NCBI GenBank assembly: GCA_950097015.1
Contig: CATNEN010000007.1
Coordinates: 5,642,001 to 5,706,000, forward strand
Reading direction: 5' to 3'
Source of the DNA: Macrostomum hystrix
Taxonomy: Eukaryota > Animalia > Platyhelminthes
DNA length: 64,000 nucleotides
Made by a program: the position numbers and the translations under genes. The notes under the pieces were generated by a model. That model was not told the DNA's origin. It searched no databases and saw only the letters and a list, made by a program, of their open reading frames with translations. Each line of letters begins with the position of its first letter. Position 1 is the stretch's first letter. Positions 40,960 through 56,720 of the stretch are shown piece by piece.

Positions 40960-41965
40960 CCAGTCCAACCCTTCTCTCCCAGTCCAACCCTTCTCTCCCA
41001 GTCCCACCCTTCTCTCCCAGTCCTACCCTTCTCTCCCAGTCCCACCCTTCTCTCCCAGTCCTACCCTTCTCTCCCAGTCCCACCCTTCTCTCCCAGTCCC
41101 ACCCTTCTCTCCCAGTCCCACCCTTCTCTCTCCCACCCTTCTCTCTCAGTCCCACCCTTCTCTCCCAGTCCCACCCTTCTCTCCCAGTCCCACCCTTCTC
41201 TCTCCCACCCTTCTCTCCCAGTCCTACCCTTCTCTCCCAGTCCCACCCTTCTCTCCCAGTCCTACTCTTCTCTCCCAGTCCCACCCTTCTCTCCCAGTCC
41301 CACCCTTCTCTCTCCCACCCTTCTCTCTCAGTCCCACCCTTCTCTCCCAGTCCCACCCTTCTCTCTCCCACCCTTCTCTCCCAGTCCTACCCTTCTCTCC
41401 CAGTCCTACCCTCCTCCCACCATTTTCCTTGTCTCCCAATTTCTCCTCCCACCAGTCCTAGTTTCTCCTCCCACCAGTCCCAGTTTCTCCTCCCACCAGT
41501 CCCCCAGTTTCTCATCCCACCAGTCCCAGTTTCTCCTCCCACCAGTCCCCCAGTTTCTCCTCCCACCAGTCCCAATTTCTCCTCCCACCAGTCCTAGTTT
41601 CTCCTCCCACCAGTCCCAGTTTCTCCTCCCACCAGTCCCCCAGTTTCTCATCCCACCAGTCCCAGTTTCTCCTCCCACCAGTCCCCCAGTTTCTCCTCCC
41701 ACCAGTCCCAGTTTCTCCTCCCACCAGTCCCCCAGTTTCTCCTCCCACCAGTCCCCCAGTTTCTCCTCCCACCAGTCCCAGTTTCTCCTCCCACCAGTCC
41801 CCCAGTTTCTCCTCCCACCAGTCCCAGTTTCTCCTCCCACCAGTCCCCCAGTTTCTCCTCCCACCAGTCCCCCAGTTTCTCCTCCCACCAGTCCGTTTCT
41901 CCTCCCACCAGTCCCAGTTTCTCCTCCCACCAGTCCCCCAGTTTCTCCTCCCGCCAGTCCCCCAG
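40960..41965. repeat. Two abutting C/T-rich minisatellites (~19-24 bp units)
   Basis: cccagtcccacccttctct, then cctcccaccagtcc(cc)cagtttct. Confidence 0.95.
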
Positions 41966-42603
41966 TCACATGAATATAAGAAACTGAAGTCAACAGACGC
42001 ACAAAGTCAATTTAGTCATCGGTCAGAAAAAAAGAAATTTAGCGAATAAATATGACACGTCACAAGACAAAAATCGATAGTATAAACAGTCAACAGCTAG
42101 AGAATTTATTTTCTTGCTCAGGTTTTAGTAGGGTCACAATTGGCCTTGATTTATCATCATGTTTGAGTGCAGTAAAACAATTGCTTTAGTGCGACAATTC
42201 AGAATGAATTAATTATTGGAATTATGATTTATGAAATCTAGTGTAGATCAAAACTATATTTTAATGCAGACGTGAAGTGTAGAAAAATGTTTTGAAAAAT
42301 TGTAGTACACATTTTTTTCTGAGCCTTGAGTAATCATTCTACTCAATTATCGACCTATCGTACTATAAGCGAAACTTCAAGAAACTTGCAATGCTAATCG
42401 GGATTAACAATGTCAGGCAGGAATGAAGGTTATTAAGGAAGTCGCTTGCCTAGGAACTAATGAGCATTTGGGAACAAGAGCTCAAAACCGACACGAAACA
42501 CTCATTTTGCTTTTTGGAGGTTACTAGTAGATTACTAGTAAAGTTAGTAAGTTAGTAATGAAAAACGTCAAAGTACCTAAATTATAAAGTTGGCCTAAGG
42601 CAA

Positions 42604-43372
42604 GTGTACACTGGGGTGAGAGGGTCAGTTCTGAGGCGAGTGTACACTGGGGTGAGAGGGTCAGTTCTGAGGCGAGTGTACACTGGGGTGAGAGAGTCAG
42701 TTCTGAGGCGACCCCCTCACACTGGGGTGAGAGGGTCAGTTCTGAGGCGAGTGTACACTGGGGTGAGAGAGTCAGTTCTGAGGCGACCCCCTCACACTGG
42801 GGTGAGAGGGTCAGTTCTGAGGCGAGTGTACACTGGGGTGAGAGAGTCAGTTCTGAGGCGACCCCCTCACACTGGGGTGAGAGGGTTCTGAGGCGAGTGT
42901 ACACTGGGGTGAGAGAGTCAGTTCTGAGGCGACCCCCTCACACTGGGGTGAGAGGGTCAGTTCTGAGGTGAGTGTACACTGGGGTGAGAGGGTCAGTTCT
43001 GAGGTGACCCCCTCACACTGGGGTGAGAGAGTCAGTTCTGAGGCGACCCCCTCACACTGGGGTGAGAGGGTCAGTTCTGAGGTGAGTGTACACTGGGGTG
43101 AGAGGGTCAGTTCTGAGGTGAATGTACACTGGGGTGAGAGGGTCTGTTCTGAGGTGAATGTACACTGGGGTGAGAGGGTCAGTTCTGAGGCGAGTGTACA
43201 CTGGGGTGAGAGGGTTCTGAGGTGAATGTAGACTGGGGTGAGAGGGTCAGTTCTGAGGCAAGTGCACACTGGGGTGAGAGGGTCAGTTCTGAGGCGAGTG
43301 CACACTGGGGTGAGAGGGTGAGTTCTGAGGCGAGTGCACACTGGGGTGAGAGGGTCTGTTCTGTACACTGGG
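42604..43372. repeat. 36-37-bp minisatellite
   Basis: Unit gtgtacactggggtgagagggtcagttctgaggcga. Confidence 0.95.
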
Positions 43373-44074
43373 ACTTATTCAATTAAGGTTGAAAAAGTAC
43401 GCTCGCATAGGTACTTCAGTGTGGACTAATGCTAATTGTAAATAGCTCTAGATCTTGTAAAACTTCTAAAAGAAATTGACAGAAGCACTAATTAAACCAG
43501 AAAATTGCAGTTTATTTTTAACGATAATTTATTGCATCCAGAACATAGCCTTCTGCAGTTGATAGCAGTTCACTCAACAGAATAGAACAATATCCGTAAA
43601 TAGTCCTTAATCAGAGTACTGCTATATTGCAAGAAAGCAACAGAGCTAAACAAAAGAATTAATGTTAGTGCTCCGGAATAGCTAAGGGCAAAGCCATGGA
43701 AAAATACAAATGGAACTGAGAAATCTACTGGTACCTGCGCCTTGATTACTCAATAGAAAAATATTTCCGAACAGAAAAAAGGGCTATAAAAAACACGGTG
43801 ACATATCACATGCAGTTAAACATGTATATAACAGTCGCAAAACGCATCCTAATCACGCTACTAACAAGTAGGCCGATTGGCCTATTATAGACACAATAAA
43901 AATACCGGTGCTGGAAAAAATTGGTAGGACCTATTGGCGAATATGAATAGGAGAATAGATTAACAGAGTGGCAAGGAAAAGTGGCTACTTCGGAAAAATA
44001 AATTGGAGAACAAATAAACCTGTTTTAGGTTTCTGCGGAGCTAGTTCATATTTGAGGGCCTATCACTGAGTAGC

Positions 44075-44485
44075 TGACCTAGGTCAAGTGACCTCTATAG
44101 ACCCCAGGTCAAGTGACCTCTATTAGACCCTAGGTCAAGTGACCTCTATAGACCCCAGGTCAAGTGACCTCTATAGACCCTAGGTCAAGTGACCTCTATA
44201 GACCCGAAGTCAAGTGACCTCTATTAGACCCCAGGTCAAGTGACCTCTATAGACCCCAGGTCAAGTGACCTCTATAGACCCTAGGTCAAGTGACCTCTAT
44301 TAGACCCCAGGTCAAGTGACCTCTATAGACCCTAGGTCAAGTGACCTCTATTAGACCCTAGGTCAAGTGACCACTATAAACCCGAGGACATGTGACCTGT
44401 ATAGACTCGGGGTCAAGTGACCTCTATAGACTCGGGGTCAAGTGACCTCTATAGACTCGGGGTCAAGTGACCTCTATAGACTCGG
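44075..44485. repeat. 25-26-bp minisatellite built on AGGTCA-ag-TGACCT
   Basis: Unit aggtcaagtgacctctat(t)agaccc(c/t). Confidence 0.95.
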
Positions 44486-44870
44486 GGGAGGGACATTTCC
44501 ACCGAAGCAAGTCATTTCTCTGCCACGTTAGCAAGGCAAAGTAATCATATAAACAGGCATGCACTTTCAAGACAGGCAGGCAAATATTATGCTAGATTGA
44601 ATATAAATATAATAAATCATCGCAGAATGACAATCGAGAATGCCGCATCAGGCTAGAGCGGAGCATTGCCGCACTGAATCAGACAATAAATAGGAAAATA
44701 GATAGACAACAAGTCAGACTTTAACAAGAAGCTTAAATCCAGCAACACACAGGCAAGGCTGCTGCAAATCACCTTTGGATAAGTGGGTGGCTGGTTAAAT
44801 ATGCCGCCACATGCGCTGGTAGTGGTAATGGTGGGGCACAAGAGACACTAGCAAACTGGGTGCTTCAGCA

Positions 44871-45102
44871 GGTCATTACAGACTGGGTAGTTCGGGTTGG
44901 TCATTACAGACTGGGTAGTTCGGGTTGGTCATTACAGACTGGGTAGTTCGGGTTGGTCATTACAGACTGGGTAGTTCGGGTTGGTCATTACAGACTGGGT
45001 AGTTCGGGTTGGTCATTACAGACTGGGTAGTTCGGGTTGGTCATTACAGACTGGGTAGTTCGGGTTGGTCATTACAGACTCGGTAGTTCGGGTCGGTCAT
45101 TA
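44871..45102. repeat. 28-bp minisatellite x~8 downstream of the vps26 stop
   Basis: Unit ggtcattacagactgggtagttcgggtt. Confidence 0.95.
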
Positions 45103-45250
45103 CGCATGGAGCCATTCAGTCGAGTCTCCGCAGTCAGCCACCATAATGAATTAGCCGTAACTCCAATCCAGTATTACTGATATCAGAACAATATAAAAAG
45201 ATCATCATTTCCTTTGTCAGCCACACTAACTAGTTGGACAAGAAGGCCAA

Positions 45251-48200
45251 CTAATGCTGAGCTGTGTCCTTGTCCACCTGCTCAGCCTCCGCCTCCTCTT
45301 CCTCATCGCCGGCTCCGTTCTCCTCGCCGTCCTCGCTGTCCGCTTCTCCTCGGTCGCCCCCGATCGGGCTGGCAGATTTGGGCGGCATGGCCGGGGACAC
45401 GTGGGTGGAGCCGGTCTCCAACTCGGGACTCTCCGGCTCCTGCTGCTGCTGCTTCTGGACTGGCCTTTGCTGCTGCTGCTGCGGCCCGCCAAACTGAGCG
45501 GTCCTGTGGTGAAAGATGCCACGCTCGATCATGTTGGAAGCGATCGGCCGGCGCTTCTTATCCGCCTTGCGGAACAGGGTGATCTCCTGAGGCGTGGGTG
45601 GCGGCCGATTGCAAATGAAATTAACGATTTCAGATATTGTCTACTCGTAGTAGCATAATCTGCAGATTGCTTTGAAAATTTTTTTGGGACCCAAATGAAA
45701 CTGGACTCAAATGACCCAAACTGGACTCAATTAAGTCAGACTCAAATGAGTTAGACTAGACTTAAATAACCTAAACTAGACTCAAATGAGCCAAAATATA
45801 CTCAAATTACCTAAACTGGACTCAAATGACCCTAACTAGAATCAAATGATCTAAACTGGACTCAAATGATCCAAACAAAACACAAATGATCCAAACTGGA
45901 CCCAAATGATCCAAACTGGACCCAAATGATCCAAACTGGACCCAAATGATCCAAACTGGACCCAAATGATCCAAACTGGACCCAAATGATCCAAACTGGA
46001 CTCAAATGACCCAAACTGGACTTAAATGACCCAAACTGGACTCAAATGACCCAAACTGGACTTAAATGATCCAATCTGGACCCAAATGATCCAAACTGGA
46101 CCCAAATGATCCAAACTGGACTTAAATGATCCAAACTGGACCCAAATGATCTAAACTGGACCCAAATGACCCAAACTGGACCCAAATGATCCAAACTGGA
46201 CCCAAATGATCCAATCTGGACCCAAATGATCCAAACTGGACCCAAATGATCCAAACTGGACTTAAATGATCCAAACTGGACCCAAATGATCTAAACTGGA
46301 CCCAAATGACCCAAACTGGACCCAAATGATCCAAACTGGACCCAAATGATCCAAACTGGACCCAAATGATCCAAACTGGACTCAAATGACCCAAACTGGA
46401 CTTAAATGATCCAAACTGGACCCAAATGATCCAAACTGGACCCAAATGACCCAAACTGGACTTAAATGATCTAAACTGGACCCAAATGATCCAAACTGGA
46501 CTTAAATGATCCAAACTGGACCCAAATGATCCAAACTGGACCCAAATGATCCAAACTGGACCCAAATGATCCAAACTGGACCCAAATGATCCAAATTGGA
46601 CTCAAATGACCCAAACTGGACTTAAATGATCCAAACTGGACCCAAATCATCCGAACTGGACCCAAATGATCCAAATTGGACTCAAATGACCCAAACTGGA
46701 CTTAAATGATCCAAACTGGACCCAAATGATCATTATAGGACCTAAATGACCTAACTGCCGGACTAAAATGACTTAAACCGGACTCGTATGAGTCAGAATA
46801 GACCCAAATGATCAAAACTGGACTCAAATGAATCAAAACGGATTTTAATGAGTCAGACTAGACTCAAATGACCAAAACTATACTAAAATGATCCAAACTA
46901 GACTCAAATAAACAAAACTGGACTCAAATGACTCATACTTGAACTAGAATCTGGGTCATTGACCCATTGACTAGAATGGATCGAAGGTAACCAACCTGCT
47001 GTTTAAAATAGCGCCTCTCCTCCTCGTCCACCAGCACCAGGTTGAGGTAGTACTTCACGGAGAACTTCTTGTTGATGTCCCGCATAGTTGGCGTCAGATC
47101 GTAGCCGCTCAGAAACAGGCGGATCGGAATGGACTCGCCGCGCACAGGGGCGCCGTCCATGATCTCGAACTTGGCCAGGGTCTCATTCTCGTTGAGCGAG
47201 TTTGGCCCGGAGCCGGCAATCTCGCGCTTGATGACCTGAATCTCCATGTGCTTGATCTTGATGCGGACTAGCAGGAAGTAGATCTTGCCCACTATCACAT
47301 CCTTGAGGTGATACTTGGACTTATTGTATTCGAACTCGATGTGCAAGCAGTCCTCGATGCCAACCTCCATCTTGATGCTGCTGTTCAGGTCCGGGTACTG
47401 GGCCAGGGTGTGGACACAGATGTCCTGTTCCTTCACCAGGTCGCTCAGCCGCTTCACCAGCGTGACTCGGAGGTAATACCTGGCAGGGCAAATCGAATTG
47501 GAAATTGGCCTGTGCAAAAACCAACACAAGGATCCATTGTCCACAATTATCCCTACACAAGGATCCATTGTACACAATTATCCCTACACAAGGATCCATT
47601 GTCTACAATTGTCCCTACACAAGGATCCATTGTCCACAATTATCCCTACACAAGGATCCATTGTACACAATTATCCCTACACAAGGATCCATTGTCTACA
47701 ATTGTCCCTACACAAGGATCCATTGTCCACAATTATCCCTACACAAGGATCCATTGTCCACAATTATCCCTACACAAGGATCCATTGTCCACAATTATCC
47801 CTACACAAGGATCCATTGTCCACAATTATCCCTACACAAGGATCCATTGTCCACAATTATCCCTACACAAGGATCCATTGTCCACAATTATCCCTACACA
47901 AGGATCCATTGTCCACAATTATCCCTACACAAGGATCCATTGTCCACAATTATCCCTACACAAGGATCCATTGTCCACAATTATCCCTACACAAGGATCC
48001 ATTGTCCACAATTATCCCTACACAAGGATCCATTGTCCACAATTATCCCTACACAAGGATCCATTGTCCACAATTATCCCTACACAAGGATCCATTGTCC
48101 ACAATTATCCCTACACAAGGATCCATTGTCCACAATTATCCCTACACAAGGATCCATTGTCCACAATTATCCCTACACAAGGATCCATTGTCCACAATTA

Positions 48201-50275
48201 TCCCTACACAAGGACACAACATAGCCTACGCGGCCCACCCACCTCAGCTTGACATTGCTGCCTGTGTAGCTCTCGTAGGGCTTCTCAACGTTGGTGAACT
48301 CAAAGTTATAACTGGCATTCTGAGTCAGAATGCCCGGCCTGGCCAATTCGCGCACCATGGAGACAAACTCGTGTCGGTTGCCGCGGTCGAAGTACAAATC
48401 TGCGTTGCGGTTCGTTGGATTTTACCTATTTTGCGATCTTTGCTTCACTTTATTTACTCGACATAGTGAATCGAGACCTTCTACCGACTCCACTCGAATG
48501 ATAGAGAAAATATATTTCTCTGCTCTTATTTAAGCAACTAGGGCATTATTTTCTACTCTCTGATTGGCCATTACCATATCTTTGTTCTGTCTCTGATTGG
48601 TCACTACGATTGTAACTGTATTCTCTCTGATTGGTCAATTCTACTTCAATAAATTTGTCTGACTCAATCTTACTCTTTTTGGTGCCTCATATCCACCAAC
48701 TTCGCTTCTGTTCAGTTCAGTTCCATTTGTTAACGCAAGTGTTTTACAAACTCTACAAAAGTTAACAAACTTAGAAAAGATGTTTTAACTAACTTACCAA
48801 TCTGTCCAATGAATTCAATTTTAATTCCGTGATGCTCTAGCTTGCCATTGGACTTCTTCATGACTACATTGACCTTGCCGGAGACTGTCTCGCCGTCATA
48901 GTACAGAGGAAATCTCTCCTTCCTGCCATCCTCGAGCTTCAGCTCGGCTGTCTTGCGGGTCTCGTGTCCATCCAACAGGATCTCAATCTCGGCGCTGAGG
49001 CCAAAGCCAAAAAAACTCTTTGAAAGAGGAATTGAGGAATAAGGAATGCCAGTTTATAGGGAATAATGCATTAAAAATATTTAAGTTGAACAATAAATGG
49101 ACTGAAAATTCATCATTGCACAGCACAAATTGTAAGACTTAACCTTGGCCCTTGGGCCTTGGCAATAACTATACTATTTTCTTTGACAACAATCAAAAAA
49201 TTTATAGTATAATATAGTATAAAATGATATAACATAAAGTTATATAAATTTGCAACCTTTCAAAGATAAGGTTAAAGGTTTTACTTCTAGGTCATGCTAA
49301 ATGAAACATATTTTCCATATTGATTTGGTACAATCGAAATACATTTTTTAATCTTATAGCTATGGCTATTTTTTTCTTTTAATCTTCTGGTATGCATAAC
49401 TGGTGTCTACTTGCCTTACATTTTATTCTTGGATGTATACTTAGTGCTCAAGGTTGGTACATAGCATGTGTAGCAGTAGTGACTAATAGTAACAGAAAGG
49501 TAGTTGACAAGAGAAAATTGCTTTTGTTTCACCGCCAATTTATCATTTTTAATAAATTATTTTGACTTTTAAGTGTGCAAAAGAATCATTTTTAGTATGC
49601 ACTCTTGCCTTGCAAATTTTTTCTGGTGTTCGCCCAGCATGGTCTAGACTATGGTCTTAGGCATAGATTAATTTGTTACTTTTATCAGAGATTATCAGAG
49701 CTAGCCTAGTCTAGCAGAAATTAGGCTAATAGGCCCTAATCAATGTTTTAGCAGGTACAATTAGGGCTAAAAATACACCAGTTAAGAAGCAAAATTAGGT
49801 AATGAATAAGGTATTGTTAATAAGCATTTTAAACATTTTGAAACAGGACTTTAACTATCAGTAAGTAAATTACAACTTTATATAATATATACTAATACAC
49901 TGACAACAGTATAAAACAGGGATTGCATTTAGAGACTATATTTTATATTTTACAAAAGAGACTTTTATATTTAAGTGTGCAACAAAAAAGGCACAACATT
50001 AAACTTGAACAATCAAAATATAAACAAACTTATATGAATATATTATTTATTTTACTAATAAAAATATTACAGCAAAAGCATTATGAACCATTTAACAAAA
50101 GGACTTGATTTTCTATGAGCCCATTAATTTTAAATGTGCTAGTAGGCCAGTTAGTCCGTCCAAATACTTAATTCAGTAAAATTGGGCCCTTTAATGCATA
50201 TAGCATAGGAATTGAGTTTATTATATTATGTGTCATATTATTAGTTATGTTTTATGTGGAGAATTTACTCACCAT
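45251..50275 (-). CDS. VPS26: Vacuolar protein sorting-associated protein 26 (retromer cargo-recognition subunit), ~399 aa
   Basis: Exons 50275-50273 (ATG only, followed by gtgag), 49017-48798, 48399-48243, 47479-46996, 45586-45251; phases consistent. Motifs YYDGETVSGKV, LEHHGIKIEFIGQI, EKPYESYTGSNVKLRY, IKMEVGIEDCLHIEFEYNKSKYHL, EIMDGAPVRGESIPIRLFL, DEEERRYFKQQEITL. Acidic low-complexity tail. Confidence 0.96.
45690..46932. repeat. 20-bp (2x10) minisatellite filling vps26 intron 4
   Basis: Unit cccaaatgatccaaactgga, with a homogeneous core and degenerate edges. Confidence 0.97.
47524..48214. repeat. 33-bp minisatellite x~21 filling vps26 intron 3
   Basis: Unit cacaaggatccattgtccacaattatccctaca. 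Confidence 0.97.
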
Positions 50276-50797
50276 GTTTGCGATTAAAATAGTCCGTAAG
50301 TAAGCAATCAATCGACAATCTTTCTAAAAATTAGTTTTTTTGCGGTTAACAGTTGCTGTGGAACTATCAACTTCCTGATCTGTAAACTTCTGGCAACAAA
50401 CAAATTTTGAAAGTCGAAACGAAGCTTGTAATGCAAACTTCTTGCTTACGGTTTTCTAGAAATTAAATATTTTGTATTTGATAATTTTCTCAGAAATTAA
50501 AATTTAACCAAAGTTTCGCATCAAGTAGTAAGTTTTTAACATGTCAGCACGATTTTCATGTCCTCAAAGTTACGTCAAGATGATATATAGTTACCCTCTG
50601 CATCGATCATTTATTTTTCTATGCGCGATTTTACTAATAAAAAACTTTATGATTTCGATTCTGTGAGAATTTTTTTTCTAACTTCTAAGACCTCCAAAAA
50701 AAATTTATTGCTGTATATTTGGTGAAACCATAGGTATCATGTCCAAGACAAGCTTTCCTTCGAGGCCTTAGATACACAAGCGAGGAACATAATATCC
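50276..50797. promoter_or_regulatory. Putative bidirectional promoter between vps26 and ras
   Basis: Divergent ATGs are 522 bp apart. ETS-like ACTTCCTG at 50370-50377 and bZIP-like TTACGTCA at 50570-50577. Confidence 0.6.
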
Positions 50798-53742
<2,945 letters not shown>

Positions 53743-54326
53743 CAAAGTCGTTTGTGTTTCCTACTCGAATGAGTTTAGACCATAGACAAAATGCCACGTT
53801 GTTTCGAGTTCGTAGAAATCTCGTCGCTTTTGAAGAAGCAACTTGAAGTTTTGTTGTCCAAGGTTGTCTATATTTCCATTAAAACATTGTAGTCAGCTTT
53901 AATTCTTTAACTGGTACGACATTTTTACATCACATCGTGCTACTCATAGTCCCCCTGCTAAGTAGCATACTGTGAGCATATATATCTATTTCTTATTCAA
54001 CACCGTTGTGCTACTAACTCAGCTATTGACAGCCACTGACAGCATCATCAATGCAGATTTCTATCAGTTTTTATTGAAAGCAATTTATTTTCTAAAGCAA
54101 CTTTAAATATTCCTACACATAGGTATATCAATACAATTTCTTAACTGCAATGATGCATTTTTTAATCGAAAACAGCTTCTATTTGCACAAATTTTGTCGG
54201 ACCGGAGCTTGGGAGAACCATAGTGTCATGACTTGATACTTTTGTTGATTTTTTAACCGGTAGAAATTTATAAAATATAAAGCATATGAACCACATGACA
54301 TAAAACGATTATGTACTTTTCAATCG

Positions 54327-54534
<208 letters not shown>

Positions 54535-55013
54535 CAGCATGTACTTATGCTTCACAGTATCCATTCGAAGAAAGCAGCACGGAAGGGCGAATTGGGATCA
54601 AGCCATTCTGGGGCGCCAGATTTCTGTTACAGAAATCTTCAATTGCATGATCCCAGAGCACTGACATGGAAAGGGAGAGCTCGACGGTTTTTCCCATCGC
54701 CACGCGAAGCCCAGAATCGGGGGCAGGGCCGGGCCTATGATGACAGAGTGAAGACACGGCCTGTAATGAGAGAAAATGGAGAGTCCGCGACACGATGCGG
54801 ACGAGCATCGCCGATTGATTGACCAGCGATTCGGAGGTCAAGAAGAGGTGAAAGCCAATGGGAGATTAAAAAAGCGAATTACTGGGATGAGAAAACTTTT
54901 GAGGTGGTATATTGAGAGATCAAGAAAAAAGCAATAAACATAAATCACTAAAGCATATTTTTCAAATATGCTTTGAAAATTGCTTTGAAATTTTTTAAAC
55001 TGTAGATGCAGTT

Positions 55014-55211
55014 TAATAAAAATAATAACAATTGATTGCACCTGCTTCAATTGGGCCAGATGTGCAGCCGACAGCTCAGCCGCAGCTATTGCCCGTCGCA
55101 TCTGAAGGCTGTCTTGCCAAAGGACACAAATTGTTCCAGTGGAGTCGGGAATCGAACCCCCGACCTTCAAGTCATGAGTCCGACCCTCTAACCACAAAGC
55201 TACAACCTCCA
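55014..55211 (-). mobile_element. tRNA-derived SINE (CORE/Meta-like body) with a 10-bp TSD
   Basis: Minus-strand head GGAGGTTGTAGCTTTGTGGTTAGAG...CTCATGA...GGTTCGATTCC has A and B boxes and a CAT anticodon-like loop. It is followed by tgtgtcctttggcaagaca (CORE-like) and a TTA-rich tail. Flanks: agatgcagtt (55004-55013) and agatacagtt (55212-55221). Confidence 0.7.
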
Positions 55212-56720
55212 AGATACAGTTAAGAAGGTTATTTACAGGTGTAGATGCAGTTAAGAAGGTTATTTACAGGTGTAGATGCAGTTAAGAAGGTTATTTACAG
55301 GTGTAGATGCAGTTAGGAAGGCTATTTACAGGTGTAGATGCAGTTAGGAAGGTTATTTACAGGTGTAGATGCAGTTAGGAAGGCTATTTACAGGTGTAGA
55401 TGCAGTTAGGAAGGTTATTTACAGGTGTAGATGCAGTTAAGAAGGTTATTTACAGGTGTAGATGCAGTTAGGAAGGCAATTTACAGGTGTAGATGCAGTT
55501 AAGAAGGTTATTTACAGGTGTAGATGCAGTTAAGAAGGTTATTTACAGGTGTAGATGCAGTTAAGAAGGTTATTTACAGGTGTAGATGCAGTTAAGAAGG
55601 TTATTTACAGGTGTAGATGCAGTTAGGAAGGCTATTTACAGGTGTAGATGCAGTTAGGAAGGCTATTTACAGGTGTAGATGCAGTTAGGAAGGCTATTTA
55701 CAGGTGTAGATGCAGTTAGGAAGGCTATTTACAGGTGTAGATGCAGTTAGGAAGGCAATTTACAGGTGTAGATGCAGTTAGGAAGGCAATTTACAGGTGT
55801 AGATGCAGTTAGGAAGGCTATTTACAGGTGTAGATGCAGTTAGGAAGGCAATTTACAGGTGTAGATGCAGTTAGGAAGGCAATTTACAGGTGTAGATGCA
55901 GTTAGGAAGGCAATTTACAGGTGTAGATGCAGTTAGGAAGGCTATTTACAGGTGTAGATGCAGTTAGGAAGGCTATTTACAGGTGTAGATGCAGTTAGGA
56001 AGGCTATTTACAGGTGTAGATGCAGTTAGGAAGGCAATTTACAGGTGTAGATGCAGTTAGGAAGGCAATTTACAGGTGTAGATGCAGTTAGGAAGGCAAT
56101 TTACAGGTGTAGATGCAGTTAGGAAGGCAATTTACAGGTGTAGATGCAGTTAGGAAGGCAATTTACAGGTGTAGATGCAGTTAGGAAGGCAATTTACAGG
56201 TGTAGATGCAGTTAGGAAGGCAATTTACAGGTGTAGATGCAGTTAGGAAGGCAATTTACAGGTGTAGATGCAGTTAGGAAGGCAATTTACAGGTGTAGAT
56301 GCAGTTAGGAAGGCAATTTACAGGTGTAGATGCAGTTAGGAAGGCAATTTACAGGTGTAGATGCAGTTAGGAAGGCAATTTACAGGTGTAGATGCAGTTA
56401 GGAAGGCAATTTACAGGTGTAGATGCAGTTAGGAAGGCTATTTACAGGTGTAGATGCAGTTAGGAAGGCTATTTACAGGTGTAGATGCAGTTAGGAAGAC
56501 TATTTACAGGTGTAGATGCAGTTAGGAAGGCTATTTACAGGTGTAGATACAGTTAGGAAGGCTATTTACAGGTGTAGATGCAGTTAGGAAGGCTATTTAC
56601 AGGTGTAGATGCAGTTAGGAAGGCTATTTACAGGTGTAGATGCAGTTAGGAAGGCAATTTACAGGTGTAGATGCAGTTAGGAAGGCTATTTACAGGTGTA
56701 GATGCAGTTCAAAAGGTTAT
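55212..56720. repeat. 31-bp minisatellite x~48
   Basis: Unit agatgcagttaggaaggctatttacaggtgt, with block-wise variants. Confidence 0.98.

Noticed and set aside
55138-55211. tRNA-Met gene
   Set aside because: The acceptor stem pairs poorly, and the sequence continues into a SINE body, tail and TSD.
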